A DNA stretch of 64,000 nucleotides from an uncultured Gemmatimonadaceae bacterium (GCA_963781585.1 CAWAGQ010000008.1:288001-352000), one strand, 5' to 3'; shown: positions 19,122 to 30,039, counted from the stretch's first letter. Program-made: numbers and translations. Notes: generated by a model not told the origin, from the letters alone.

Positions 19122-20472
19122 TCCGGGTGGGCACGCGGTTGGTGTCACCCACAAAGACGAACTTCACATCCCTCATGTATCGCTGGGCAACGCGGCGAAT
19201 GTCCTCCCCGGTAATGGCGCGAAGGTCGTTGCCGAAGCGGTCCGCCGCACGGTAGTCACCCTGATAGAGCTGCGCACGCGCGAGAAAGTCCGCTTGGTCA
19301 GCTGCCGACTCGTTGTCAATGAAGTACTGCGTGACAAATTGTTGCACCAGGCGTTCGAGCGCGCTCCGGTCGACGAATCCACCCTTCAGCGCGTCCAGCT
19401 CCTGCCGCATTACACCCAGCGTGACGTCAGGGGAGACTGTTGTTACGTACAGGCCGCCAGCGGCCACTGCGCGTTCGACAAACGGGGCTTCCACGGCGTA
19501 CGTCAGGTTTCGCCGGGATCGGATCTCGCTGAACAACTGACCCGAGAGCACCGCAGTGGCAATCCGTAGCGCTTGATAGTCGCGGGAATCCGCCGCGGGG
19601 CCGGCGAATTCGCCCAGGATGTAGTTGGTGGGCAGGGATCGCGACACCGCGAGCACCGCGGCCTGCGAATGTGGAAGCGTATCGGGCAAGATCCATCGAT
19701 ATGACCCGGCCGGCAGATGCCCCAGCGTTCGTGAGATCGCGCGCTCCACCTTTGACCGCGTAACATTGCCGACGACGACCAGAAGCATCCGGGATTTCAC
19801 AAAGCTTCCGGCGTGATAGCGGCGCAGATCGCCCACCGAAATGCGGGAAAGGGAGTACTCCGTTCCTGCCGGAGGGCGGGCGTACGGGTGTCCCGCAAAG
19901 GCAAACGAGTCAGCAAGGAAGTCAACCAGCGCATCTGGCGAGTCGCGACGTTGCCGTACAGCAGCCAGCAATTGACCGCGCACGAGTTCCACGTCAACTG
20001 AGTCGAGGAGCGGTTCCATCACACGGCTTGCGAACACGTCCCACGTGGAATCAAAGGTCGTGCGCGTGGCCCGCATGCCGATCGACGACCAGTCCGCCCG
20101 CGCACCGGTGACGATGGAAGTGCCCAGTCGAGCCATCAGCTGACGCAGACGGTCGAGCGAACGCGATTTCGTGCCGCGCTCGCTCGCCTCGAGCAGGAGG
20201 AGTTCTATTCCGGCGTTGTCATCCGAGACATTCCGTACGCCGCCAAGCAGGTACAGGTTGGCCACGACGATATCGCTCGTCGTCGCAAATCGCTGTATCA
20301 CGTGGAGGCCCGATACGTCATACGCGACCGTCCCCGTATCAGCCGCTTGCGCTCCTGTCGGTCGGGCGCCAGACGCCGTCGGCAACCGACTCGCCATGAC
20401 GGCAAGCACCGCCGCCACCGGAACCCGCGCACGGCGAAGGCCGATTCCCCTTCCCCATCCGGCGCGCTTCAC
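19105..20472 (-). CDS. M16 family peptidase, non-catalytic subunit, signal peptide
   Basis: No HxxEH; LFSEIRSRRNLTY motif; coupled to the upstream M16 gene. Confidence 0.85.
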   Translation of the reverse strand: MKRAGWGRGIGLRRARVPVAAVLAVMASRLPTASGARPTGAQAADTGTVAYDVSGLHVIQRFATTSDIVVANLYLLGGVRNVSDDNAGIELLLLEASERGTKSRSLDRLRQLMARLGTSIVTGARADWSSIGMRATRTTFDSTWDVFASRVMEPLLDSVDVELVRGQLLAAVRQRRDSPDALVDFLADSFAFAGHPYARPPAGTEYSLSRISVGDLRRYHAGSFVKSRMLLVVVGNVTRSKVERAISRTLGHLPAGSYRWILPDTLPHSQAAVLAVSRSLPTNYILGEFAGPAADSRDYQALRIATAVLSGQLFSEIRSRRNLTYAVEAPFVERAVAAGGLYVTTVSPDVTLGVMRQELDALKGGFVDRSALERLVQQFVTQYFIDNESAADQADFLARAQLYQGDYRAADRFGNDLRAITGEDIRRVAQRYMRDVKFVFVGDTNRVPTRIMERF

Positions 20473-21845
20473 GGTGTTCCGCGCGGCAGTACGTCCGTGG
20501 TCGCGAGCCCGATTCGCGAACGCGTACCAGGGGGCAAGAGGAGTCCCACGACTCGATCACGCTCCACGATGTACTTCCGCGCGTACCGTCGCAGGTCCTC
20601 GAGCGACTGCGCCGCCATGTTGTCCACGTAGCCCATGTAATACTCGAGGCCCGCCACGCTCCACCAGAATCCAAGGGTGTGAGCGAAGTCCGATGGACGG
20701 TCGAAGCCGAACGCGGTGCTCACCGCCCGCTGTGCCTTGGTGGCATCGAGTTCAGTCTGCGTGATATACCCGGAGTCCGCGAGCTGCCGGATCTCGCCAT
20801 TCAGGGCGCGAATTGCCTCCTTCAACCGCTCCGGGGTGGTCTGTCCCAATATGGTGATGGGCCCGACGTGATCGAGGGTGTAGTAGTTGACGAGGACAGA
20901 CTGGAATAAGCCCGAGTCAACCAGACGGCGTTGCAGCGTCGACCCCGGCTGGTTCAGGGCATCGGAAAAGACGTCTGCGGCGTAGGTTGCCGCCGGATCA
21001 CTGCGCACGCTGGGTCCCTGCCATCGCATCTCTACCGTCACTGCGCCGACAGGTTGCTCCACGAATACGGCTGCGCTGCTGTCGAGGGGAGGAATCGGAG
21101 GAATCGGTGCCACTTCGAACGGATCCGGGCGGCGCCTCCAGTCGGCCAGAGTGCGCTCAGCCAAGCCGAAGACCTGTGCCGGATCGACGTCTCCGGTCAC
21201 GATCAACGCGGAATTGTTGGGCACATAGTATCGGCCCTGAATCTCCCGCATCTTGTCGGGTGTGACCGTCGACAGGACGTCGCGGTCCCCAATGATGTTC
21301 TTCCGGCTCCATTGGCCAGGATAGAGTAGCTGATCCATGGCCTTTTCAAGTTCGAAGAACGGACTCGATTCGTTGCGGTCATATTCGCCGAGAACAACCT
21401 GTCTTTCGCGCTCAAGCTCCGTGCGCAGAAACAGAGGCTGTCGCAGGGCGGCGACAATCAACTCTAGCCCGCCCTCCAGACTGTCTGCGGGCAGCGTCAC
21501 ATAGTAGTTGACACGCTCTTCCTGCGTAGTGCCGTTGAACACGGCCCCCAGCTCCGACGCGCGTTCGATGAAGTCGTCCGGGTTGGGCAACCGGGCATTG
21601 GCCTTGAAGAACATATGCTCATACATGTGCGCCAGCCCTTCGTAGCCGTGAGGCTGCGTGAAGGACCCGTTCTTGACGTCGAACTCCACCGTGGCCAGCG
21701 GTACACCGTGATTCTCCGCGACAATCACCTCGAGCCCGTTCGACAGCACTCGCTGGTGAATGAACCGCTCCAACTCGGTCCGCTGCGCATGTGCCGCACT
21801 CGCCACCAACAGCGCGAGTACGGGAAAGAAGCCTCTTTTCACCAT
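20469..21845 (-). CDS. M16 family zinc peptidase, catalytic subunit, signal peptide
   Basis: GLAHMYEHMFF (HxxEH), YYVPNN; signal ...ASAAHA. Confidence 0.92.
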   Translation of the reverse strand: MVKRGFFPVLALLVASAAHAQRTELERFIHQRVLSNGLEVIVAENHGVPLATVEFDVKNGSFTQPHGYEGLAHMYEHMFFKANARLPNPDDFIERASELGAVFNGTTQEERVNYYVTLPADSLEGGLELIVAALRQPLFLRTELERERQVVLGEYDRNESSPFFELEKAMDQLLYPGQWSRKNIIGDRDVLSTVTPDKMREIQGRYYVPNNSALIVTGDVDPAQVFGLAERTLADWRRRPDPFEVAPIPPIPPLDSSAAVFVEQPVGAVTVEMRWQGPSVRSDPAATYAADVFSDALNQPGSTLQRRLVDSGLFQSVLVNYYTLDHVGPITILGQTTPERLKEAIRALNGEIRQLADSGYITQTELDATKAQRAVSTAFGFDRPSDFAHTLGFWWSVAGLEYYMGYVDNMAAQSLEDLRRYARKYIVERDRVVGLLLPPGTRSRIGLATTDVLPRGTP

Positions 21846-21945
21846 CTTCAACTGAGCGGCACGACGTGGTACATCACGGTGGCGTCCCCTTGAACATTGC
21901 GCACGCTGGCGGTGATGAAGGACTAATGGTTTCTTTGAGCGCCCG

Positions 21946-22896
21946 ATGAACGCGTCCCCTCATTATTCGTCCTTCGTCGCTGCGGCCCGCACGGTACTTG
22001 ACCTCGCGCGGCTGAAACAGCACGAGCCGCTCGCTCCTTACACCACGTTTCGCATCGGCGGTCCCGCCGATCTTCTGTACGATGCCATCGATGCCGACGA
22101 TCTGGCAAACGCGGTCCTGACCGCTCGCCGAACCGCCACCCCTCATTTCGTCCTCGGGCTGGGGGCCAACGTTCTGTTCGGGGACCGTGGTTTCCGCGGC
22201 ATCGTCATTCGGAATTGTGCACGCGCATTCTCGTTTCGCGGACGGCATCTCCGGGCGGAAAGTGGTGCGATCGTCCGCGACCTGATCTTCGCCGCTGTGC
22301 GTCGCGGCCTCTCAGGCCTCGAACATTATATCGGCATCCCCAGTACGGTTGGCGGGGCGGTCTGGCAGAACCTCCATTTTCTCTCTCCAGCTCCCGAGCG
22401 GGCACGCACTATGTTCCTCGAGGAGATCGTCGAATCTTGCGAACTCCTGAGCGAAGAAGGTGATCGGCGCACCGTGAATGGCGAGTACATGGAGTTTGGT
22501 TATGACACGAGCGTGTTGCACCGCCGCCAAGACGTGGCCCTCGGCGTCACCTTTCAGCTGGGTGTCGATGACGTCCAGCGCATGCAACGTGTAATGCAGG
22601 AAAACCTGAGCTGGCGTGGAGCGCGTCATCCCTGGTTGGAGCTGTACCCCAGTGTGGGTTCGATCTTCAAGAAGATCGAAGCGGTGGGTGCCGGTCGCCT
22701 CATCGATCAATGCGGTCTCAAGGGTTACCGCGTTGGCGACGCGCAGATCTCATACGTACATGCCAACATCATCGTGAATCTCGGCTCCGCCACCGCTGCG
22801 CATGTCCGCGCTGTGATATCGCACGCTCAGGCGACTGTCCGTACCCGCCTCGGCCAGGAGCTGCACTCTGAGATCGGCTTTGTCGGGGAATTCTGA
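21946..22896 (+). CDS. murB: UDP-N-acetylenolpyruvoylglucosamine reductase
   Basis: TTFRIGGPAD, GIPSTVGGA, SVGSIFK, AGRLIDQCGLKG, HANIIVN. Confidence 0.93.
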   Translation: MNASPHYSSFVAAARTVLDLARLKQHEPLAPYTTFRIGGPADLLYDAIDADDLANAVLTARRTATPHFVLGLGANVLFGDRGFRGIVIRNCARAFSFRGRHLRAESGAIVRDLIFAAVRRGLSGLEHYIGIPSTVGGAVWQNLHFLSPAPERARTMFLEEIVESCELLSEEGDRRTVNGEYMEFGYDTSVLHRRQDVALGVTFQLGVDDVQRMQRVMQENLSWRGARHPWLELYPSVGSIFKKIEAVGAGRLIDQCGLKGYRVGDAQISYVHANIIVNLGSATAAHVRAVISHAQATVRTRLGQELHSEIGFVGEF

Positions 22897-23202
22897 TTCC
22901 GCATGTCGCCGCCGCTGCTTTCCACTCGCCCGGGGTCTTGGAAGCCAGTCGATCACGGGTTGCCCGCACGCGTTCAAGGGTCGGCGCCGTTCCGCTCACC
23001 TGGACGCAACGATAGCGCCCGCGAGGATCAGCACCACACCCCACCCGGGACAGACCCGTTGGCGCCAGCGATAGGGGCCGGTCCCGGCTTGAGGTGCGGA
23101 TCTGATCTCGCTCACCAGCGCCTCGACTTGTTACCTCTTTCAGCCATCAGCAAGTCAGCTCTCTCCGGTCCTTTTGGGGGCGGGAAGCGAGTAGGGTAGC
23201 CC

Positions 23203-24222
23203 ATGATGACCGCGTTCAAGCCGGCTTGGTGGCTTCCCGAAGCACACTCTATGACGTTGTGGCCAAAGCTATTTCGCTCCGCAGCACTCGGCCCTACCAC
23301 CGCTGAGAGCTGGCCAACTCCGGACGGAGACAAGCTAACCGTCGTACGCATTAACGCCGGATATGCGACCCCACGTATCATTCTCTTGCATGGCTTGGAG
23401 GGTTCTCAGCTGTCGCACTACGTGCGCGGTCTGGCGGTCGAGGTGCGAACGCGGAAGTGGGGACTGGACCTCCTGCTGTTCAGAACCTGCGACGGGAAGG
23501 TGAATGCCACCCCGCGATCATACCACTCCGGTGAGACAAGCGACCTGGACCTCGTTGTTCGCCGAGTGGCGGAAGAGCATCCGGAGGCACCGTGCGCCAT
23601 AGTTGGCGTCTCGCTGGGCGCAAATGTCGCGCTGAAATGGCTGGGTGAGCGTGGTGACAGGTTGCCGCCCCGTCTCTTCGCAGCGGCCGCAGTCTCCACC
23701 CCATTTGACCTCAGTCAGTCCTGTCAGCACGTCCATCGGGGATTCTCACGCATTTACGAGCGCCACTTCCTCAGGACTCTTCGTCGGAAGGCGTTAGCGA
23801 AGCTCGATCGATTTCCGACTGCCGCTTCGAGAGCTTCCGTCGCGTCGGCCCGAAGCCTATGGGAATTCGATGAAGCGTTCACGTCGGTTGTCCACGGGTT
23901 TCGGAATGCGGATGACTACTACAGCCGCTCGAGTTCCCTGGCGTTCCTAAAGTCGATTCGCGTCCCAACATTGCTGCTTAGTGCCAGAGATGACCCATTT
24001 CATCCGCCGCAGGTGCTCGACCTTGTGGCTGACATTGCCGCTATGAACCCCTGCCTCACTCCGGAATTTCATGAGCGTGGCGGCCACGCGGGCTTCGTTG
24101 CTGGCGCTTTCCCGGGCAAGGCATCGTATTATGCCGAACGAAGGATTGTCGAGTTCTGTTCGCACGAGCTCGTCAGGGCACCCCCAACGGCCGGTGTGGA
24201 GCGGAGGAGGGCGTGCAGTTAG
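23203..24222 (+). CDS. Alpha/beta hydrolase, YheT family
   Basis: LHGLEGS, YHSGETSD, GVSLG, DDP, GGHAGF. Confidence 0.9.
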   Translation: MMTAFKPAWWLPEAHSMTLWPKLFRSAALGPTTAESWPTPDGDKLTVVRINAGYATPRIILLHGLEGSQLSHYVRGLAVEVRTRKWGLDLLLFRTCDGKVNATPRSYHSGETSDLDLVVRRVAEEHPEAPCAIVGVSLGANVALKWLGERGDRLPPRLFAAAAVSTPFDLSQSCQHVHRGFSRIYERHFLRTLRRKALAKLDRFPTAASRASVASARSLWEFDEAFTSVVHGFRNADDYYSRSSSLAFLKSIRVPTLLLSARDDPFHPPQVLDLVADIAAMNPCLTPEFHERGGHAGFVAGAFPGKASYYAERRIVEFCSHELVRAPPTAGVERRRACS

Positions 24223-24340
24223 GATGGTGGGGATCGTCCCCAGCTTGACTGGCGAGCCTACCTTCTTTGCAGCGTGACGTGAAGCGAGGGGCTTGGCTGA
24301 CTCGGGGGGATTGAAGTGACCGCAATCCGGATCGCCACTG

Positions 24341-24901
24341 ATGAGACTGTCCTTTGCCATTTCCTTTCTACTCGGCGTCGCGGCCGCGGTCTATTTTCTC
24401 GCTCGAGGAGTTGAACGTCTTCCGAAGGGTACGGAGTCCCTCTCTGTCGATCAGTTTGGCAGGCTCTCGAAGGCGGGCAGGTTAGCCCTCGGAGCTCCGA
24501 TTCTGGCTGCATTTCTCGTGGTCTTTGGACTGGCTGGATACATCGCTGGACAGGCGGGCATCCAAGGTAGCGGCACGCTGGTGCTTACTGCAGGCGTCGC
24601 CGGCTCGATGGCGAGTTGGCTCGCCGTCCGGGCGGTGGCACGCTGGGCGAGATATGCGGCGACTCACGATGCTCCAGACGAGCGCTACGAGCTGCAGGGA
24701 CACGTGGCAACAGTCGTCCGCGCGGCCGAAGGTACTCGCGATGCAGAAGTGGAGTATTACGCAAATGGACGGCGTGTCGTGGTACCTGCCCGGGGCGAAG
24801 GCCCGGCCCCGCTGGCGGTGGGCGCGGAGGTTGTAATCGAGCGACTCGAGATGGGGGTCGCCTTCGTTGAGTCATGGACGCAGGTCGAGGAACGGATCTG
24901 A
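24341..24901 (+). CDS. NfeD-like (YuaF-type) membrane protein with C-terminal OB fold
   Basis: Three hydrophobic segments then GHVATVV..EVEY..ARG..LAVGAEVVIERLEMGVAFV. Confidence 0.7.
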   Translation: MRLSFAISFLLGVAAAVYFLARGVERLPKGTESLSVDQFGRLSKAGRLALGAPILAAFLVVFGLAGYIAGQAGIQGSGTLVLTAGVAGSMASWLAVRAVARWARYAATHDAPDERYELQGHVATVVRAAEGTRDAEVEYYANGRRVVVPARGEGPAPLAVGAEVVIERLEMGVAFVESWTQVEERI

Positions 24902-24935
24902 ATCGAGCCCCGATCTCTCTTGCTGGAGCGTCGTG

Positions 24936-25250
24936 ATGACCGAGGCTGCAGTGTTCGTCCTGGTCTTCGGCGGCCTCTTCGTGCTGCGTATCGTCGCGGC
25001 GACCATCGTTTTCGGTGTTCTGCTGCCCAGGGGAGATCGATGTCCGAACTGCGACGCGATCACCCTTCGCGTGCGATCGCCGTTCTCGGATCGCTTCCTT
25101 CCGTGGTTTCGCAAACGCTGGTGTCTCGCTTGTGGGTGGCATGGCATGCTGCGCCGCGGCTCGCTCAGCCCGGAAACGGCGGACGTATCCGACCCCTTGG
25201 TCGACCCACCGCACAAGCAACCGCAACGCGACGTCCACCGATGGTCTTGA
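24936..25250 (+). CDS. Small membrane protein with zinc-ribbon motif
   Basis: N-terminal TM, CPNC..CLAC; GGAG upstream. Confidence 0.7.
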   Translation: MTEAAVFVLVFGGLFVLRIVAATIVFGVLLPRGDRCPNCDAITLRVRSPFSDRFLPWFRKRWCLACGWHGMLRRGSLSPETADVSDPLVDPPHKQPQRDVHRWS

Positions 25251-25456
25251 ATCTCGTTAGGGCCGCTCGTGCATCAGGCTGCAGGATGCGCAGCGCGGCC
25301 GCCGACGCTCCTCCCGCTAGCCGATTAGGCACAGAATGACAATATATTGCGCTCAGGCACTAGGTTGCCGGGATGGAAACGTAGCATGCCCAGGGTGTTC
25401 CCTGATCGAGTCCGCCTTCCCACCATCGGGATCGACACGTACCCAATCCCTTCCCA

Positions 25457-27409
25457 ATGTCGCGCTCTGACTCCGCGCGTTCATTCGAGGCCGCGTTCGA
25501 CGTCATCGTAATCGGTGGCGGGCATGCCGGGACCGAGGCAGCCGTCGCGGCGACCCGTGCCGGAGCGCGGGTTGGCCTCATCACCAGCGCGGTTGAGACC
25601 ATTGGCCAGATGTCGTGCAATCCTGCAATCGGCGGAATCGCCAAGGGAACTGTCGTGCGCGAGGTGGATGCACTCGGCGGACTCATGGGAAGGGCAACCG
25701 ACATGGCGATGATTCAGTTCCGAATGCTGAATCGGAGCAAGGGGGCAGCCGTTTGGGCGCCAAGGGCTCAATGCGACCGGGGGCTGTACCGCCGCGCCGT
25801 GAGGACCCTTCTCGATCAGCATCCCTGTCTCTACATCGTCCAGGGAACAGTCTCTGCCTTGCTGCTCGACGGAGCCGAGCAAGGGGTGCGGGGAGTGGAG
25901 ACACTTGAGGGAAGGCAGTTCGGTGCGACAGCAGTGGTGTTAACAGCCGGCACATTTCTTCGAGGACGCATCCACATCGGAACAACGACACGATTCGGGG
26001 GCGGGCGGGCAGGCGAAGCACCGGCCACGCATCTGGCCGAACAACTGGAACGTGCCGGCTTCGAAATCGCGCGCTTCAAGACGGGCACGCCGCCAAGGAT
26101 TGACGGGCGCTCCGTAGATCTGTCGTCGTTGGAGCGACAGGATAGTGAGATCGCGCTCTACGACTATTCGTGGTCGCACTTCTGGGGGACCGCCCGTGTG
26201 CAGGAAGACGTCAGTCGACATCCACCCCAGCTGCCCTGCTGGATTACCTACCTCGAGTCTCCTGGCAAACAGCTCATCGGCGATCACCTTGCGCAGTCGG
26301 CCATGTACGGAGGCGTGATCAGCGCCCGTGGTCCGCGCTACTGCCCTTCGGTCGAAGACAAAGTGGTCCGGTTCACCGATGCGGAGCGTCATCAGCTTTT
26401 TCTCGAACCTGAAGGCCATGACACATCCGAATTGTACGTGAACGGTCTTTCGACCTCGCTGCCGGCAGACGTTCAGCTCGCCGTACTGCGGACTATTCGC
26501 GGCTTGGGGGCAGCGCGGATGACGCGCGCCGGATACGCGATCGAGTACGACTATTTCCCTCCCACGCAGCTCAAGGCCTCGTTGGAGTCGCGATCTCTGC
26601 GGGGCCTCTTCCTTGCAGGCCAGGTCAATGGTACCACGGGATACGAGGAGGCAGCGGGACAGGGGTGCATTGCCGGAATCAACGCGGCGCTCAGCGTGCG
26701 TGGAGCTTCGCCCATGGTGCTCGGTCGGGAATCCTCGTACATCGGAGTGCTCGTCGACGACCTCGTCTCCAGAGGTGTCGACGAGCCCTATCGGCTCTTC
26801 ACCTCTCGCTCCGAATTTCGGCTGACCGTTCGTCAGGATAACGCGCTCTCCCGACTCGCCCCCATTGCGACCGAGCTGGAGCTGTACTCTGACGGCGAAC
26901 TGGCACTCGTACGCCGGCGACGCCATGACGAGGTCAATGCCTTGCGCCTTGCCCGGGAAACGACCGTTCGACCGGAGGCGGTCGACGCGATGCTCCACGA
27001 AGCGAAAACGGCGGGCATCACTGCACCGGCCAGAATCGCTGAACTCGCGCGCAGGCCGGCTGTCGGGCTGCAGCACCTATTCGCAGCGGCCGGTGTCGGC
27101 GAGAACATCTGCAGTGACGCTATCACCACTGTTGAGCTGGAGCTGAAGTACGCCGGATACTTCGCGAGGGAACGCGCACAGGCAGAGAAACTGCGTCAAA
27201 TGGGAGCGTTTGCTCTACCCCTTGAGCTGCCATACGAGACCTTCCGATCGCTTTCCTCCGAAGCCCGCCAGAAACTGGCCTCCCGTAGGCCTGCCACCCT
27301 GGCGCAGGCGGGGAGTATTCCCGGCGTGAGCCCGAGCGATCTGCAGAACCTGGTCATCGAAGTTGCGCGCCTCCGTCGCGTTGCTGATCAAGTCGTGAAC
27401 GCGTCTTGA
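25457..27409 (+). CDS. mnmG: tRNA uridine 5-carboxymethylaminomethyl modification enzyme
   Basis: GGGHAG, MSCNPAIGG, KTGTPPR, GPRYCPS, AGQVNGTTGYEEAA. Confidence 0.98.
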   Translation: MSRSDSARSFEAAFDVIVIGGGHAGTEAAVAATRAGARVGLITSAVETIGQMSCNPAIGGIAKGTVVREVDALGGLMGRATDMAMIQFRMLNRSKGAAVWAPRAQCDRGLYRRAVRTLLDQHPCLYIVQGTVSALLLDGAEQGVRGVETLEGRQFGATAVVLTAGTFLRGRIHIGTTTRFGGGRAGEAPATHLAEQLERAGFEIARFKTGTPPRIDGRSVDLSSLERQDSEIALYDYSWSHFWGTARVQEDVSRHPPQLPCWITYLESPGKQLIGDHLAQSAMYGGVISARGPRYCPSVEDKVVRFTDAERHQLFLEPEGHDTSELYVNGLSTSLPADVQLAVLRTIRGLGAARMTRAGYAIEYDYFPPTQLKASLESRSLRGLFLAGQVNGTTGYEEAAGQGCIAGINAALSVRGASPMVLGRESSYIGVLVDDLVSRGVDEPYRLFTSRSEFRLTVRQDNALSRLAPIATELELYSDGELALVRRRRHDEVNALRLARETTVRPEAVDAMLHEAKTAGITAPARIAELARRPAVGLQHLFAAAGVGENICSDAITTVELELKYAGYFARERAQAEKLRQMGAFALPLELPYETFRSLSSEARQKLASRRPATLAQAGSIPGVSPSDLQNLVIEVARLRRVADQVVNAS

Positions 27410-27454
27410 CGTTGCGCTGGTCCCAGTGAAAGGAACTGGGACACCTGCCAACTC

Positions 27455-29509
27455 ATGTCTACTTTCGATTCTGACGCGCGGGTCGCCGGACCGCGCGGAC
27501 TACTGCTCGCGCGACTCTGGGCTGTCGCGCTGCTGGTGCTCGGAATCCTGCCCATCGCCAACTGGATTCCCGGCGGGCATGATGCACCCTGGTATCGGGT
27601 CTCACTGGACGAGTGGCTCTACGGCACACTCATCGCCGTTGGCGTAACCGCGATCATCGCAATTTTTTCCCGACGCCTTCCGTCCGGCCTCAGCGACGTC
27701 ACTGAGAGCCTGGCGGCGCGTGCCGGCCGTGGACACCGGACTGCCACTGTCGCGCTGACGATGCTGGCCTTTTGTCTCTATGCGGCAATCGCGCGCTGGG
27801 TCTTCTCGGCGAAGCCACTCTTGATTGACGAGATCGTGCAGGTGATGCAGGCCCGAATATTCGCTGCAGGACGACTGGTGCGGACTGCGCTTTCGGCTCC
27901 GGAGTTCTTCAGCGCTCTCAACGTCGTTGATTTCAACGGACGGACATTCTCCCAGTTTCCCCCGGGGGGCCCGTTGATGCTGACGCCAGGAGTTCTTCTG
28001 GGAGTTGCGTGGCTGACTGGTCCAGTTTTTGGCGCGCTTTCTGTGGCCGTGTACTGGCAGATTGTGCGCAACGCGGAGTCCCGCCAGACGGTGGCGCTCG
28101 GCGCGGCGATACTGTTCGCGCTCGCGCCGTTCATGGTCTTCATGGCCGGCTCCCATATGAACCATGTGCCGACGCTGTTCTGGCTTTGCCTCGCGATGTG
28201 GGCTCTGCAGCGACTCGTGCAAGGCAGCGGACCATCGCCATACCTCGCGGCGTTGTGCGGAACGTCATTCGGCGTGATGGCGACGATCCGGCCCGTCGAT
28301 GCTTTGGCATTCGCCCTTCCTGCCGGCGTGTGGCTGCTGACGCGCGCGAGCCGTGAGCGAGACGGCTGGCGTGATCTGGTTGTCGCTGGAGCAGGGGTTG
28401 CTGTACCGCTGCTCATGCTGCTGGCATTCAATGCGGATAGCACAGGCAAGCCGTTCCTCTTCGGCTACGAGTTGCTCTGGGGGAAAAGCCATGCCCTTGG
28501 CTTTCACCGGGCGCCGTGGGGCGTCTCGCATACGCCGGAACGCGGCCTGGAGTTGGTCAATCTCTACTTCCTCCGGCTGCAGAACTACCTGTTTGAAACT
28601 CCCGTCCCGTCGTTGGTCCCGTGTGCAATTGCACTTGCGTTGACGCCGGCCGTTCGGGCCTTCGACCGGTATCTTCTCTGGGGAAGCGCCTTGCTCGTCA
28701 CAAGCTATTTCGCGTACTGGCATGACGGGTTCTTTCTTGGGCCGCGTTTCTTCTACCTGCTGCTTCCCGCGCTCGTCCTGTGGACTGCCCGTTTCCCATC
28801 GCTGGTTCGAGCTCGCCTGCCACGATTCCCGAGCGCGCGTCGCATCATTCTGATTGGTTATGCGGCGAACGCGTGTGTGGCGCTCGTGGTGTCTGTGCCG
28901 GTACGGGTCAAGCAATACGCTGGCGGATTGACGTCAATGCGCCAAGACTTCGGCAATGCGGCATCTGTTTCGGGCGTGCATGACGCGCTCATTCTTATCC
29001 GGGAAAGCTGGGGAGCACAGATCATCGCGCGATTGTGGGGCCTCGGTGTCCCGCGAAGTGACGCGGAGCGGATCTACTGGGGCGTGGACACCTGCGAGCT
29101 GGAGCGGGCTGTGTCGAACCTCGAGCGTTCAGGCATGCGAGGTGAGTTGGCGGTGAATGCGCTGCGGCCGTTGCTCCGTGATTCGGTTCGTCTTGTGCGG
29201 AGTGATCTATCGCCTGATTCAACGGAGCGTGTTCTGCCGGGTTCGAACTACGGGTCCGTCTGTGCTGAGCGAATCACCGAGGACCGTGCGGGATATACCT
29301 TTCTTGCGCCGACGCTCGCGATGGACCCGGGAACGAATGTGTACGCGCGGGATCTGCATCAGCGCGACACCCTTCTGTTCCATGAGTTTCCCGGGCGGCC
29401 AGTGTTCCTCTTGCGACCTCGTACCGGCGCGCTGGGTGCGCCGCTGGACCTGATGTCGGTTTCGCTCGATTCCGCTCGCGCCGACTGGCGCCTCGCACCC
29501 GAGCACTGA
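27455..29509 (+). CDS. Polytopic GT-C fold glycosyltransferase (ArnT/PMT-like)
   Basis: Many TM helices; LIDE, SQFPPG, MNH, IRP, GPRFF motifs. Confidence 0.75.
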   Translation: MSTFDSDARVAGPRGLLLARLWAVALLVLGILPIANWIPGGHDAPWYRVSLDEWLYGTLIAVGVTAIIAIFSRRLPSGLSDVTESLAARAGRGHRTATVALTMLAFCLYAAIARWVFSAKPLLIDEIVQVMQARIFAAGRLVRTALSAPEFFSALNVVDFNGRTFSQFPPGGPLMLTPGVLLGVAWLTGPVFGALSVAVYWQIVRNAESRQTVALGAAILFALAPFMVFMAGSHMNHVPTLFWLCLAMWALQRLVQGSGPSPYLAALCGTSFGVMATIRPVDALAFALPAGVWLLTRASRERDGWRDLVVAGAGVAVPLLMLLAFNADSTGKPFLFGYELLWGKSHALGFHRAPWGVSHTPERGLELVNLYFLRLQNYLFETPVPSLVPCAIALALTPAVRAFDRYLLWGSALLVTSYFAYWHDGFFLGPRFFYLLLPALVLWTARFPSLVRARLPRFPSARRIILIGYAANACVALVVSVPVRVKQYAGGLTSMRQDFGNAASVSGVHDALILIRESWGAQIIARLWGLGVPRSDAERIYWGVDTCELERAVSNLERSGMRGELAVNALRPLLRDSVRLVRSDLSPDSTERVLPGSNYGSVCAERITEDRAGYTFLAPTLAMDPGTNVYARDLHQRDTLLFHEFPGRPVFLLRPRTGALGAPLDLMSVSLDSARADWRLAPEH

Positions 29510-30023
29510 GGGAAGCGCGCCCGGATCATCGTCAGCTCCGCACAAGACCTTCGCGCTCTCCGACTTCCTATGCCCGGGCGGCAACAGATGTGAGCCACGC
29601 CTCGAGGTTACCGTGACCCAATACGCAAATTAGTCGCTAGTGGTGTTTAAATACTAATACAGGCCGAATCAGCAGAGTGATCATTTGAACTCATCGCAGA
29701 TGAAAACGCGGGATTCCAAGCGCGTCCTTCGTCGCTGGCAGCTGCCAAGACGGTCGCAATGTGGCTGCCAGATGCCAAGACCATCGCAAGCCGAAAGCGA
29801 CGTAGTATCCGACGGCGGGACCAGGACGATCGAGTCGGAGAAACGGCCTGCCCCGTCAACCAGGTCCTCTGCGGACATCCTGGCAAGAAGCTCCGTTCTC
29901 AAATGACGAAGACCCAGCTCCGCCGCGGCGATGACGCCCTGATCGGCGGCTGCACATCTCCGCTGGGTGGTGCACCTGTCCCCTCATCGGCTTGGATTAA
30001 TCCGACAAGCACAGATGCCGTAG

Positions 30024-30039
30024 TGTTTCACGTGAAACG
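30024..30039. promoter_or_regulatory. parS site
   Basis: tgtttcacgtgaaacg, 15/16 match to TGTTTCACGTGAAACA, about 80 bp upstream of parA. Confidence 0.9.

Noticed and set aside
22900..23110. Possible gene remnants on the minus strand (GWGVVLILAGAIVASR*, PTLERVRATRDRL)
   Set aside because: Too short to assign without a search; could be chance.
25940..27076. 378-aa antisense ORF within mnmG
   Set aside because: Typical high-GC shadow ORF with no recognisable motifs.
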